Under the pieces are notes generated by a model, which was not told the DNA's origin, ran no database searches, and saw nothing but the letters and a program-made list of their open reading frames with translations. The position numbers and the translations under genes are program-made. Positions 38,561 to 49,800 of a stretch of 64,000 nt of DNA are shown in pieces. This stretch comes from a virus. Its lineage: Duplodnaviria > Caudoviricetes. Within the stretch, counting starts at the first letter, position 1. The number at the start of each line of letters is the position of its first letter. The DNA lies in IMG/VR virus record IMGVR_UViG_3300029288_000080, positions 32,001 to 96,000 of that record. One strand, written 5' to 3'.

Positions 38561-38587
38561 CGGCACCATGTGCCCCTCGAGAATAAA

Positions 38588-38857
38588 ATGAAAAATCCTC
38601 GTGTTAGGACCGCGGCAGAACAACGATTCGACCGTGACGCTATTTTCCAGTGGGTCGTGTCGGTCATGACGGCCGCGACCGACGAGTTGGAAAACATTTC
38701 TGTCGCGATCCAGGATATTGACACGAGCGAAAATCCTGCCGACGGCACCGAAATGCGGGCCGTCCTGCAGGAGCGAATCGGTCAGATCGAAACCACGGTG
38801 GACTGGTGCATCGCGAAGATTACGGCGCTGCGTCCGGCCAAGCCCCAGGCCCGCTAA
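38588..38857 (+). CDS. small protein with VRTAA leader
   Basis: MKNPRVRTAAE start. Confidence 0.55.
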   Translation: MKNPRVRTAAEQRFDRDAIFQWVVSVMTAATDELENISVAIQDIDTSENPADGTEMRAVLQERIGQIETTVDWCIAKITALRPAKPQAR

Positions 38858-38871
38858 CCAAAGGAATCAAG

Positions 38872-39771
38872 ATGAACATCCAGGACAAGTCAGTCATCAA
38901 GGCATTTGCGAATCGTCAGGCCCGCAAGGTTGAGGGCACCAACTTGGTGTCGGCCAACGGCACCCTGCAGTACCGTGGGGTGGTTGTTGCCCGATGGAAT
39001 CGTGGTCGCGTGGAAACAGCACGGAACCGCGTGGAGCCCAGGGTGTTCAGCGTGATCCAGGGGTCACTCCGCAGCGCTACTGTCAAGACTGCCGACGATG
39101 CCGGTGTCGTGGCTCCTCCTGCTGCGGCACCCATGGGTCCTGCTGATGGAATGCCGGGGGCTGGCGCCGCCCCTGTGGCCCCCCGGGGTTCGGTGTCGCC
39201 TGGCCTCAAGGCCGCGATGGGCACGGCCCTGTCGGAAGTATTCGACGAGTTTGGTCCCGAGATCTACAACGGGATCGTCAAGGCCACGACCGCGGCGCTC
39301 AAGACCGCGTTCACGTCAGGGGTCCAGGAAATCCAGACGACCGTCCAGACGGAGTTTGGCGAGAAGGGCGTCGAGCAGGCCCAGCGGTATTTCCGTCGGT
39401 GGCTCCAGGAAATCACCTCGGACGTGTCGCAATACGGGGTCGCCGACATTATCCTGGCGGCCGAGCACACGGCCGCGACCCTCGCGGCCGACTTCCCCGA
39501 GGAGCAAGCCCCGGACGCCGGGGTTGCCGACCTGGCTGCCCAGGAACCCCAGGGTCAGGAGCCCGCCGAGGACTTGATGCCAGTCGAGGAGCTGCCTGAC
39601 CTGGAGGCTGTGGAGCCTGCCGCTGAACCTGCCGCGACCGAAACCCCCGCGGTCCCGGCTGCCCCGCCGGCTGGTGGTGCCCCTGGTCAGCCCGTTGACC
39701 TCCTGGCGCAACCTGTTGCTGCCCTTACGCCTCGTCAAATCGTTCTAAAGCCCCGCGTTACCCGGCGCTAA
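38872..39771 (+). CDS. head-region hypothetical protein (VKTAD)
   Basis: RBS AAGGA. Confidence 0.65.
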   Translation: MNIQDKSVIKAFANRQARKVEGTNLVSANGTLQYRGVVVARWNRGRVETARNRVEPRVFSVIQGSLRSATVKTADDAGVVAPPAAAPMGPADGMPGAGAAPVAPRGSVSPGLKAAMGTALSEVFDEFGPEIYNGIVKATTAALKTAFTSGVQEIQTTVQTEFGEKGVEQAQRYFRRWLQEITSDVSQYGVADIILAAEHTAATLAADFPEEQAPDAGVADLAAQEPQGQEPAEDLMPVEELPDLEAVEPAAEPAATETPAVPAAPPAGGAPGQPVDLLAQPVAALTPRQIVLKPRVTRR

Positions 39772-39787
39772 AAAGGAAACCATCACC

Positions 39788-40624
39788 ATGGCAAACCAAA
39801 ATCGTCGCAATGCTTTCCGTCGTCTCGCCGATGCACCCCCCAGGTTCACCGAGCAGGATGAGTGCAGCCAGTTGGTTCATGACATCGAGGAAGCTGAAGC
39901 CCTTGGAATGGGCCAGGCGGCCAAGCAACTCCGGGATGAACTGGCCAGGATGTGCCCGGACAAGAAGGTGGCGACGAAGGTTGCCAGTATAGACGCACTG
40001 GCTTCTCTTACCCAGAATCTGCTAAGATTCTTGGACACGGATCCAGTTTTAGAGCAAGACTCAGATATTACGAAATATATGCAGCGGGCGTACAAAATGG
40101 GCCACTATGATGGTCAGCAAGTGGGCTATGATGAAGGGTACGCTGCGGCCAAGACATCTGTTTCTTATGCTGCCACCCGCAAGGCCGCAGTCGACCTGAC
40201 CGAACAGGAACTCGCTGTGCTCAATCGCGCGTTCACGGTGCTGCAGACCAAGGGGATCAGTCTGGACGAAGCGGTCCAGCAGTTCGAAGAAAGCAAGAAG
40301 GAAAAGAAGGCGTCGGTTCGCCGTCGTGCCGTTTCGACCAAGTTGACCGATTCCATCGACTGCGAGGACATCTTGGGTGGAACCATTACCCAGGATGGTG
40401 GTTTCTGCGCTGACCTGAACAAGAAGCCTGGCAAGGCTCAGTACATGGAAAAGGCCGCTGCACTTCGTCGCCGTCGTCTGTCCACCGGGATCGCCAAGAA
40501 GGAATCCGACCCGATCGAGTGCGATGACATCCTGGGGGGCGACGTCACGGAAGACAAGGGATTCTGCCAGGCTCTGAAGTCCAAGCCCAAGGTCAAGAAG
40601 TTTCAGATTGACCGAGCAGAGTAG
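39788..40624 (+). CDS. modular head-region protein with two copies of a Cys-pair peptide
   Basis: Short modules separated by RLA/KVA/RKA/RRA. Confidence 0.65.
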   Translation: MANQNRRNAFRRLADAPPRFTEQDECSQLVHDIEEAEALGMGQAAKQLRDELARMCPDKKVATKVASIDALASLTQNLLRFLDTDPVLEQDSDITKYMQRAYKMGHYDGQQVGYDEGYAAAKTSVSYAATRKAAVDLTEQELAVLNRAFTVLQTKGISLDEAVQQFEESKKEKKASVRRRAVSTKLTDSIDCEDILGGTITQDGGFCADLNKKPGKAQYMEKAAALRRRRLSTGIAKKESDPIECDDILGGDVTEDKGFCQALKSKPKVKKFQIDRAE

Positions 40625-41058
40625 CCAAAAGGAACACTCCAATGCCGACCCCTCTGCTGAGCCCCATGGATAAATTTACGGTCGTGGCGATTCCAGATCA
40701 CATTGACCCTGACCACGCGGAAGTGTGGGAGCAAGAAAACTGGGTTGACCTAATTTGGACCGACGTGACCCTGGACCAGTACAGGATGATTTGTCGTGGA
40801 ATGCTGCCACAGGACGCGACCCATGAACAGCATTTCTTTTTTGCCGCTGACGTACCGGTCCAGGCGTTGATCCGGTGGGTAAAGGGCAAGATTGCCCAGC
40901 AGTCCAGGATGGCCGGGGTTCATCGTCGTGCTGTCTCCACCAAGTTGACCGATTCCATCGACTGTGAGGATATCCTGGGCGGCACCGTCAAGCAGGATGG
41001 TGGCTTCTGCGCCGACCTGAACAAGAAGCCACGTGCGCCCCAGTATATGGAGAAGGCG
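40322..41058 (+). repeat. ~135-bp dispersed repeat (40322-40456 vs 40924-41058; degenerate copy ~40475-40590)
   Basis: Near-identical peptide and DNA, e.g. ccaagttgaccgattccatcgactg. Confidence 0.85.
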
Positions 41059-41088
41059 ACGGCGCAACGCCGTCGCATGCCCCGTTAA
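40642..41088 (+). CDS. hypothetical protein with one copy of the Cys-pair peptide
   Basis: RRAVSTKLTDSIDCEDILGG...FCADLNKKP. Confidence 0.65.
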   Translation: MPTPLLSPMDKFTVVAIPDHIDPDHAEVWEQENWVDLIWTDVTLDQYRMICRGMLPQDATHEQHFFFAADVPVQALIRWVKGKIAQQSRMAGVHRRAVSTKLTDSIDCEDILGGTVKQDGGFCADLNKKPRAPQYMEKATAQRRRMPR

Positions 41089-41354
41089 CCAGATGTTCCG
41101 CACCGGCTCCGCCATGCTGGACGGGATCCTCTCGACCGTTGCGAAACAGCAGTTGGCCAGCAGGGAAGATCGTGTTGATGAAGCCCGGCAACAGTTTGAC
41201 TCCTGCTCGGTGCGAGAAATGTTGACTGGGATCGCCGACCTTCAGGCCCAGCAGTACCGGGATTTCGACCTCCATTTTGGCAATCAGCCGAAGTCCAATT
41301 TTTCCATGACCATCAGGGCTGCCCTGGCCCAGTGGGCCGCAGACATTACTCGTG

Positions 41355-41774
41355 ATGAATCTCGTTGATCTCAACCGTGCCGTCGTCGCTGCTGCCCGAC
41401 AGGCCAAGCCGGTCGGTAGGGTTTTGTTCGCTGGGCTCACCAGGATCACGGCCGTCAGGACCGCCGACTGGAAATACCGTCAGTATACCAATCCGTCAGC
41501 CCCGTCGCCCGCCACGGCCCTGGCGTTGCGGCCAGGCGGCGTCATCACGGTGTCGTTGCAGAATCACCCGGCCACCGCGTATATTGACTCGGTCCGCAGG
41601 ATCCAGCATAATGGCCGCCCCACTTTCATTAAACTGGTCCTCATGATCGACACGTCCAAGTTGGCCGTGACGCTTGACCATGAAACCAAGTGTTCCTGCC
41701 TGTACTGCGGAACAGAACCCCGGGATAATTCGCCGTCGTGCAGATCATGCGGCGCGCCCTTGCCGAACTGCTGA
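41355..41774 (+). CDS. Zn-ribbon protein (VRTAD)
   Basis: CLYCG...CRSCGAP at C-terminus. Confidence 0.6.
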   Translation: MNLVDLNRAVVAAARQAKPVGRVLFAGLTRITAVRTADWKYRQYTNPSAPSPATALALRPGGVITVSLQNHPATAYIDSVRRIQHNGRPTFIKLVLMIDTSKLAVTLDHETKCSCLYCGTEPRDNSPSCRSCGAPLPNC

Positions 41775-41787
41775 AAAGGAAACCAAA

Positions 41788-42297
41788 ATGATCCGTAGAA
41801 ATCGCCGTGTTGCATCACCAGAGTTCACCAGTTACGAGGAGGCGTGGGCATTTGCTGGCCCCAAGGTCAAGCAGATTGCCGACGACATCGCCGAGCAACT
41901 CCAGATGGTCCAGGAAGCCTTGGCGGCCGAAGGGATCGCTGTCGAGGTTACACCCCCATTTGAAGACCATAGTGACGACTATGGGTTTCTGCTCGGGATA
42001 GCAGTCACGGAACCAGATTCTGCCACCGGAGATCTGAACGACGACCTGACTGTTGACGTGCAAGTTAGCCTACTGGACAGCACCGACGCGTCAGAGCCAA
42101 CCGATCCAGACTGGGGCGTCAATATCAGTGTGAACGTTTCGACCGCAGCTGGCCGAATGTTGGGCGGGTATGCCCCGTATAATTATTCCGATCGAGTCTG
42201 GACCAAGAGCCCTGAGGAGTTGACCAGCAGGATGGATCAGTTTGACGCCAGCGCCGTGGCCGATGCGATCACTGATTTCTACGCTAAAAACGCTTAA
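41788..42297 (+). CDS. acidic protein with basic MIRRNRRVA leader
   Basis: RBS AAGGA. Confidence 0.65.
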   Translation: MIRRNRRVASPEFTSYEEAWAFAGPKVKQIADDIAEQLQMVQEALAAEGIAVEVTPPFEDHSDDYGFLLGIAVTEPDSATGDLNDDLTVDVQVSLLDSTDASEPTDPDWGVNISVNVSTAAGRMLGGYAPYNYSDRVWTKSPEELTSRMDQFDASAVADAITDFYAKNA

Positions 42298-42476
42298 TTC
42301 AACATTTTCTTCTCGCCCGTTCCTCTGCCAGTTTTCCCGCCTGATTAAATCGCCGGTCACGTTACTTTATAGTAGCGAATCACCACATCAACCAAACTGC
42401 TGGATCAAGAATTTCGATAAATCGGCGTTAAGCCGGAAAACCATGGCTCATGGGAGCCAGCACAATGGAGGCCAAG

Positions 42477-43304
42477 ATGGCTATTGCTCCTGGTGCTTCT
42501 CAGCGCGGGAAGCTGGATCGTACGCGCAGTCGTTTCACTCGCGTGACCGAATTTCCTCTGGTCACGGGGGTTCCGTTCACTGAGGAAGGTCAGCTCGCCA
42601 TGGCGGTGAACACCGGGACTGGTGTTCATGCAAGCCCGTCGATGGCCGTGGCGGCCAACACTGAGGTTCCGCTCGGCGTGATCCTCAACGGCACCATCAT
42701 GGCGTCGACTTTCACGCATTTCGAGACCGGGACCGTCCCGGCCGCCCTGACCCACCAGCTCAAGTTCAACAACCTGGCGGTGAGTGACCGCTGGACCCCC
42801 CTGGTCGAGGCGTATTGCTACGTGGTGGCCAGCGGGCTGGAAATCCCCGTGACCGCAGCTGCCGCTGCCGCGGGTTCCTGTATGATCAATCAGGCCACCG
42901 GGCTCGTGACCTTCAACGCCCTGCAGACCGGCGGCATCCTTTCCATGGTTGGGGTGGCATTTGCGATTCGCTATCGCTGGAACATGACCGTGATCCAGTC
43001 GTTGTCGTTCTGCAAGTCCAGCCCGATTGGTCGTAGTTCCGAGGGGCTCTACGAGAAGATCATGATCGGGCGCGGCCATGGTTGCCGCTGCTTCACGACC
43101 CACTACGACGCCGACGCCATCTGGACCCTCGGGATGCAGACCGGCGCGACCAACTCGCCGTGCCTCGGGGTTAATGGGCTCTGGTCCACGATCACGAATA
43201 CCACGGGTGGTCCGCTGGCTGGTCCTGGCACGGCTTTCGGGCGCGTCATTTCGCTCCCGAGCGCCAATGACCCGTATGTTGGGTTTGAGTACAACACCCC
43301 GTAG
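42477..43304 (+). CDS. putative capsid decoration/structural protein, paralogue 1
   Basis: Two genes upstream of MCP; highly similar to 43475..44281 (ends ANDPYVGFEYNTP). Confidence 0.6.
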   Translation: MAIAPGASQRGKLDRTRSRFTRVTEFPLVTGVPFTEEGQLAMAVNTGTGVHASPSMAVAANTEVPLGVILNGTIMASTFTHFETGTVPAALTHQLKFNNLAVSDRWTPLVEAYCYVVASGLEIPVTAAAAAAGSCMINQATGLVTFNALQTGGILSMVGVAFAIRYRWNMTVIQSLSFCKSSPIGRSSEGLYEKIMIGRGHGCRCFTTHYDADAIWTLGMQTGATNSPCLGVNGLWSTITNTTGGPLAGPGTAFGRVISLPSANDPYVGFEYNTP

Positions 43305-43474
43305 CCGAGATGCTGATTTTGCGACTACATAGCGCGGCCCCGATTAAATCGTTAGGCACGTTATTCTATAGTAGCAAATCACCGCATCAACTGATCAGCA
43401 GCATCAACGAAAGTGTCGAGACCAATCTCGACCGAATAATCGGCTCCCTTGAGCCCTAACTTTTGGAGGCCATG

Positions 43475-44281
43475 ATGGCACTTGCACCTGGAGCTTCTCA
43501 GCGCGCGAAGCTGGATCGTACGCGCAGTTACTTCGAGCGGGAGACCGAATACCCGCTCGTCACCGGCGTGAATTTCACCGAGGAAGGTGAAATCGCCATG
43601 GCGGTCAATACCGGGACCGTCGTCCATGCCTCGCCGTCGCTCGGCGCCGCTGTCACGGAGGTTCCGCTCGGCGTGATCCTCAACGGCACGATCGACGCCG
43701 TGACGTTTGCCCACTGGGAGACCGGGACTGTTCCCGCGGGCTTGACCTACACGACCAAGTTCAACAACATCTCGGCTGACCCGTACAACGCGGGTCCCCC
43801 GCAGCTCGCCGACGCCTTCGTCTACAACATCGTGACGGGCGCCGAGATCCCGGTCGTGGCTCCGGCGCCCGGTGCCGGTTCTTGCTCGATTGTCCTGGCC
43901 ACCGGGGTCATCACGTTCAACGCCGATCAGTTGAACGTGCGGTTTGGTATTCGTTACCGTTGGGACATGACGGTCGCGCAGTCCCTGGCGCTTTGCCGCA
44001 TGAGCCCTTACGGGCGTTCGAGCGAGGCTCTCTACGGCAAGATCAACATCGGCCGTGGTCACGGTTGTCGCGTGTTCACCACGCAGTACAACGCCAACTC
44101 TGTATGGACGCTCGGGCTGCAGACTTACCCCACGGGGCCGTTTGACGCGTCGCCGTGCCTCGGGGTCAACGGTCTCTGGTCCACCTGCGCGGACAACAAC
44201 AACGGCACCCCGTTTGGTCGTTGCATCAGCCTTCCGGGCGCCAACGACCCCTACGTCGGGTTCGAGTACAACACCCCGTAA
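43475..44281 (+). CDS. putative capsid decoration/structural protein, paralogue 2
   Basis: Directly upstream of MCP; paralogue of 42477..43304. Confidence 0.6.
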   Translation: MALAPGASQRAKLDRTRSYFERETEYPLVTGVNFTEEGEIAMAVNTGTVVHASPSLGAAVTEVPLGVILNGTIDAVTFAHWETGTVPAGLTYTTKFNNISADPYNAGPPQLADAFVYNIVTGAEIPVVAPAPGAGSCSIVLATGVITFNADQLNVRFGIRYRWDMTVAQSLALCRMSPYGRSSEALYGKINIGRGHGCRVFTTQYNANSVWTLGLQTYPTGPFDASPCLGVNGLWSTCADNNNGTPFGRCISLPGANDPYVGFEYNTP

Positions 44282-44308
44282 CCGCGGGAAGGAATAAAGG
44301 AGTCTCAA

Positions 44309-45424
44309 ATGTCGATCTACAGTTCCAAGCTTGTTAACCGCCGGGGTGAAGATGTCGCCGAGCAGCCCCGGTACGCAACCCGGTCCAACGGGACCATCGA
44401 GAAGACGGGGTCCGCCCTGACGGACGCCCAGGGCAACTACAACGCCCAGGACCGCAAGGACCTGATCAACGTGATCAAGACCCTGACGGCCCAGATCGAT
44501 TCTGGCGACGTGGTTCGCCAGGCGTCGGTGGACGACCAGGCTGTCGCGAAGCTGATCACCGCCGCGATGTCCCAGAACGACGTCAAGGCCCCGGGGGGCG
44601 CGTTCGAGCGGGTCGGCCAGGTCGTGGCCGATATGGTTTCTGAAACGATGGGCCGCCAGATGTTCACCGACAAGATCCTGGCCCGCAAGGATGCCAAGGA
44701 GGGTCTCGGTGTGGTTCCCCCGGTCGAGATCGACCAGATGGACGTGACCGCGTGGCACCTCGTGTCCAACGGCAACGTGGTCGAGTCGCTCGTTAACCCC
44801 CGGTACGTCTCGGCCCAGGGCTTCTGGATCACGGGCCTCATCTACGTGGAAGAGCAGGACCTGTTCTTCGCGGGTTCCTCGTTCCTGGAGCGCAAGCACC
44901 AGCGGGGTCTCGAGGCCATCGGGGTCCGTGAGGACAACGTCACGAAGTTCCTGTTGGACCAGGCCGCCCCGATCGACAACGACCTCCTGACGTTCGGTAC
45001 CTTTACCCCGACTGCTTTCGGCGCTCTCCGTGATCAGGTTTGGGGCTGGGGCCTCAACCCCACGACCGCCCTGGTGGCCGTGGACCTGCAGCGCGACATC
45101 CTGGCGGACTCCGACTGGCACGATGTGTACAGCCCGGTCGAGCAGCACATCCTGTTCCAGGAGGGCAAGTTCGGCAGCGTGTTCGGTGTGGAAATCTTCA
45201 CCGACGGTTACCGGCTGGACACCCTCCGGGTGCTTGAGCGCGGCGAGGTCTACATGCTCGGCGCCCCCGCGACGCTTGGTGTGAAGATTCCCCTCATTGC
45301 CCTCAATTCGGAGCCCGTCAACCAGCACCTCAATGGAATTCCAAAGAAAGGGTGGTGGTTGTCCCAGTACGAATCCATCGTACTTGCAAACAGCAAGGCT
45401 GTGGCCAAGGGCACCAAGCTGTAA
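44309..45424 (+). CDS. Major capsid protein (HK97 fold)
   Basis: 371 aa, strong RBS, strong codon bias, EAIGVRED helix, GKFGSVFGVEIFTD, C-terminal KAVAKG; follows the protease and decoration genes. Confidence 0.78.
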   Translation: MSIYSSKLVNRRGEDVAEQPRYATRSNGTIEKTGSALTDAQGNYNAQDRKDLINVIKTLTAQIDSGDVVRQASVDDQAVAKLITAAMSQNDVKAPGGAFERVGQVVADMVSETMGRQMFTDKILARKDAKEGLGVVPPVEIDQMDVTAWHLVSNGNVVESLVNPRYVSAQGFWITGLIYVEEQDLFFAGSSFLERKHQRGLEAIGVREDNVTKFLLDQAAPIDNDLLTFGTFTPTAFGALRDQVWGWGLNPTTALVAVDLQRDILADSDWHDVYSPVEQHILFQEGKFGSVFGVEIFTDGYRLDTLRVLERGEVYMLGAPATLGVKIPLIALNSEPVNQHLNGIPKKGWWLSQYESIVLANSKAVAKGTKL

Positions 45425-45472
45425 CCACCGATTGAACCTTTCCTAACCCCTACCTGATTTGTTTATTCATCA

Positions 45473-45499
45473 GAAAGGCCGGCTAATACCCGGCCTTTC
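45473..45499 (+). terminator. hairpin after MCP
   Basis: GAAAGGCCGG-CTAATAC-CCGGCCTTTC, 10-bp perfect stem. Confidence 0.55.
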
Positions 45500-45542
45500 G
45501 CACGAAAAAACAAGTCTAACGACCCAACCAAAGGATTTCCCA

Positions 45543-46847
45543 ATGCGCAAGATTACGGCCAACTACTGGGGTGAAGAGTATCTCGACGCTGTCCTACACG
45601 AGATGGGCGTCGGTGACGGCGACGAATCCCCCGAGTTGCCCCCGGAGATTGACGTGCCCGACGCAGTCATGCCGGTGGTCCAGAAGCAGTACCAGGAACT
45701 CCTGGCCAACGAAGCCCCGGATCCCAAGTATTTCCTGCAGGGGGTGCAGATCACCGTCGCGGATTATTTCGACGGCAAGGTTGAGCCCTACACTCGCGAG
45801 GCCGACATCATTGCGATCTTGGCCGACGGGTTTGCCACGGAGGAGTTTTTCGGCTGGCGGGGCGGTTCCCCAGACTACAGTTTCTGGACCATGCACCAGC
45901 ACGAAATCGCTGATTTGTCCGCAGCCATCGGGGTTGACCCCGATCAACTGTTTGACGACCTGGGCAAGTTGGCCGTGACGGCAGCAGCGGAAGAGGGTCG
46001 AAAGTTGACCCAGGAGATCCGTGACGCCAAAGCCGAGGTAGACGAAAAAATCGTCAATACCGTGGAAGAAAACTGGACCCAGCCGATCAATAACATCATC
46101 GCGATGTGGACTCGCTATCTGGACCACGAAGTAGAAAATCCCCGCGACGTGACCGTGGATGAACTCGTCGCTATGGTGCCGGATTCCGACGAAATCGGCT
46201 ACGTCCACATGGATTTCATTGACGTGATGGACCAGGTGCTTCCTGGCTTGGCCCGTCAGGTTCTCCTGGCCCCCGATCCCCGCCAGACCGAAATCCCGTT
46301 CCCGAAGCGGCGCGGTCGGCCCCAGAAGCATTTCTACAAGAAGTCGTCGTCGGACCCCACCCTTGTTGACGATTTAGTTTCCGACGTGGTAGACGCGGTC
46401 CACGCCCATACCAAGGGCAAACCAGTCCACGTCGACGAGACCTACACGTTCGTCTACGGGTTGGTGACCTCCATGGTGGAGCAGCTGCCTGACGACCAGG
46501 TCGCCCCCTGGGGTAACCGCGACGACTTGATCGCTAGGGTCACGAACACCGCATATGACGAATGGCGACGTGATCTTGGCCGCGACCTTCACCGCCATGA
46601 ACGACCTTTTGGGCGTGGTGGTTTTGGTCGCGGCGGAAACGCCCGTCGCGCCGCCAGCGACGACGATTTGATCGAGCGGTACCTCGGGACCGAAGGGCCG
46701 GAAGCCTTTGGGTCCATCGAGGAGATCGAGGAATACTTCAAGCCCGAGTCCCTGGATTATATGTTCGGGCCCGAGGGTGGCCACCCCGACGCCAACGAAG
46801 CCCGTGTGGCTGTGACGAGGGCGTGGCAGCAGCGACACGACCAGTAG
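45543..46847 (+). CDS. acidic modular hypothetical protein
   Basis: MRKITA leader; modules separated by KKS/RRA. Confidence 0.65.
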   Translation: MRKITANYWGEEYLDAVLHEMGVGDGDESPELPPEIDVPDAVMPVVQKQYQELLANEAPDPKYFLQGVQITVADYFDGKVEPYTREADIIAILADGFATEEFFGWRGGSPDYSFWTMHQHEIADLSAAIGVDPDQLFDDLGKLAVTAAAEEGRKLTQEIRDAKAEVDEKIVNTVEENWTQPINNIIAMWTRYLDHEVENPRDVTVDELVAMVPDSDEIGYVHMDFIDVMDQVLPGLARQVLLAPDPRQTEIPFPKRRGRPQKHFYKKSSSDPTLVDDLVSDVVDAVHAHTKGKPVHVDETYTFVYGLVTSMVEQLPDDQVAPWGNRDDLIARVTNTAYDEWRRDLGRDLHRHERPFGRGGFGRGGNARRAASDDDLIERYLGTEGPEAFGSIEEIEEYFKPESLDYMFGPEGGHPDANEARVAVTRAWQQRHDQ

Positions 46848-46854
46848 GTGCAGC

Positions 46855-49800
46855 ATGTCGGTTAATCCTGACAACAGAATCCCCGAGCCTCCATTCACCA
46901 CCGCAGAAGCCGGGATCATCGGTGACACCATCGGGATTATCTGGGATCAAGTGGATTTCTCGGTGGACCAGTTTCTGGCCGGGCTCCAGGTAGAGTTGGA
47001 ACATGGGGCCCGGGATCCCGAGACCGACGTGACCCAGGACGACCCCTACGAAACCGGTAAAATCGCTTGGGCCCACCTGAAAGAAAAGCCTGACTACTAC
47101 GAGGGATTAGCCGCGATGGAAAAAGCCAACGAACCTGCTGCCCAGGCTGCCCCCAAGGACGAAGGCGCTATCCCGATGTCGCCCAACAACATGGTGGCCC
47201 CTATGGATTCGACTACCCAGGCGAAGTCCGCTGAAGTCGAGAAGTCAGCGGTGGTGAAGCGTTGCCGCCCCACTGATTGCCCCGATAAACCTGACGATGA
47301 AAAGCGCTGGTGCCTCTTGACCCACGACGAAAAGAAAGCCTTGAAGTGTGCCCCGACCCGTGAGGAAGCCGTCAAGCAGGAAAAGAACGTCAACTTCTTC
47401 AAGCACCAAGGGACCACCATGGAACCTCGCTACACCATCCTGACCGCCGCGATGATCCTGCGGGAAGCTGCCCAGGGCCGTGACGTTGACGACATGGATC
47501 TCTCGTGGGACTCAGGGGCCATCGGGACCATCACGAAGGAACTGGATTCCGCCGCGATCCGATGGGTCCAGTCGGATGCGTTTCCCAAGGACGACGAAAC
47601 CTTCGAGATGCTGGATCCCGTCACGGATGACCGTGCACTCCCGGCCAAGCCCGACGAGTATTACCCGGTGTTCATCAAGTTCTGCCAGCGGTACGGCTTG
47701 GACGTCGAGGATCTGGAAAAGCGTTGGGGTGGCCGGTCCATTGACCATCGGCTTACCGCCGTGGCCCGCGACTTTGCCCACAAGATCGTGCCACAGTGCA
47801 CCGAACAGTCCAGGGTTTGCCAGGATGTTGGCGGTGCCATGGCGTTCACGTTCGTCTCTCGCATCCCTGGCGTCATCTACATCGCGGCCGAGACGGAAGG
47901 CAAGCAGCAGTTCAACTTCAAGCCTCAGTTAACGAGGCAATACCGCGACGACAAGGCCGCCCCGACCAAGCAGGCTGGGGCCAAGCGTGCTGCCCTGGTT
48001 AAGCGAAATCGTGACCTCCGGGTTGCCGTCCTGGTCAACGTCAAGTCCATGTGGAACCCCAAGTTCGCCGAGGCGTTGCAGCGGAGCCTCACGAACCTGG
48101 GGGACGAGCCCGGCCAGCACCCGCTTGACGAGAATACCCTAGAGGCCCAGATCCCCGACACCGAAGTGGCCCGGGAAGCCCTGAACCTGTACTACACGGT
48201 CTGGGCCGCCACGATGGAAACGCTCTACAACTTCGGCAAGAAGGTCGGGAACGAAAATGTCCTGAACGTCACGACCGCTAGGTTGTCAGCCGCGATCACG
48301 GACCAAGCCTTCGGGGCCAGCAAGTTGATGCCCGAGCCTCCCGCCCAGAATCTCCAGGCGGAGTACAAGCAGTTCATCCAGATGAACAAGTTGACCAAGG
48401 GGTTCGACGTCAACCAGATTGTCCAATGGGCCACCGGGACCGCAGGCAAGACCTACAAGCAATGGGAAAAGGCCCTGACGGACCGGTGGAAGCAGGAGAA
48501 GCCCGCCGATAAGTCCACGGCAACTCCGCCGCCGGTTCCTGGTGGGGCAACCCCTCCTCCGGTTCCCCAGGACGCCCGCAAGCAGAAGCAGGGTGCTGTT
48601 GCGTCAGTGGACACCGATGAAATGGCTTGGGTCAAGGCTGACCTCGATGCCATCCAGCGTGACATCGACACTTTGGGTTTGGAAGGTGCCGCCCGTAAGA
48701 ATCTCGATATCATGACCGCTGCGTTGTCCGAAAATCAGGGTGGCATCAACGAGTACGTGAACAGTTTTTCTCTTGACGGTTTCACGGAAGCGTTTGCCCG
48801 CTGTGGCATGCAAGTTTCCTCCAAGACCAAGGTCAAGACCGCCGCGACCACCCGGGTATATTTTGACGACCTTGGACTTGTTGCGGTCATCAAGGTGACG
48901 CCGGAATCTCAAGCCATCATGGATGAGATGACCCCGCACAGTAAATACGCACTCCTCCTGGGTGACGAGGAACAATTTAATGCGCTCAAAGAAGTAGAAG
49001 CGGTAGTGCGGAAGCAGAAACTGTCGACTCCGCCCCGTGGAGCCAAGGTGCAGCGCAAGGCCATGGACTTGGACGAAACCCGCGCTCTTAAAAATACCAT
49101 GAAAACCCGCATGGCCGACGAGCCCGCAGGTCTGGGCGGCCCGCTGGACCGTGGTGACTTTCACTACATGACTATGGACGACCTTCGGAAAGTCCCGCTC
49201 GACCCAATGGCCGGGGACATTGGTGGCGTCAGTACCGTGACGAATCAGTTGCCCCAAGGTGTCGACGATCCTGACGTTGACCTGGAGATTGTTGACCTGC
49301 TCCTGGGCCTTGGGGCCCAGCATGACCCTGACGATCAGTATACCCTCATGACCCCGGTGGGTCCCCTGTACTGCCGGGTGGGTCACGATGCCCTGTACTG
49401 CCGGTTCCGCGACATCGAGGAAGCCCTTGGGGTTGTGGATTGTGACGCCCATTCGGGCGAGTGGAACCAGTATTACTTTGACGACGAGTCCCCCGAGAAG
49501 TTCGTGGGGCGACTGCGCAAGTTGCTCAACAAGGTCATGGAGCCCCCTGTTCCCATGGTCCAGGTCACGAGTCCCGGGATGGCCGACATGTTGGGGTTCG
49601 ACCAGCCTGGTCCTCTGGACCCTGATCTTGGTGGCCTACCGGATGGCCTGGAAGACTTTTCACAGGTCAGGGGCGCTGGATTCCTCGGGGTCAAGCCCAA
49701 GACCAAGAAGCTCCAGAAGGCCGAGGCCATGGCCGACAAGGCCCTGGTACAGATGCTCCAGGAGTTTGGGGCCCAGCAGAACCTTGACGCTATGTATGAC

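Noticed and set aside
43379-45328. Long minus-strand ORFs (also 34752..36137, 37390..38748, 21206..22462)
   Set aside because: Antisense shadows of strongly codon-biased, GC-rich plus-strand genes; no motifs recognised
44309-45424. Encapsulin nanocompartment rather than phage capsid
   Set aside because: Terminase, portal and protease genes in the same module indicate a true phage head
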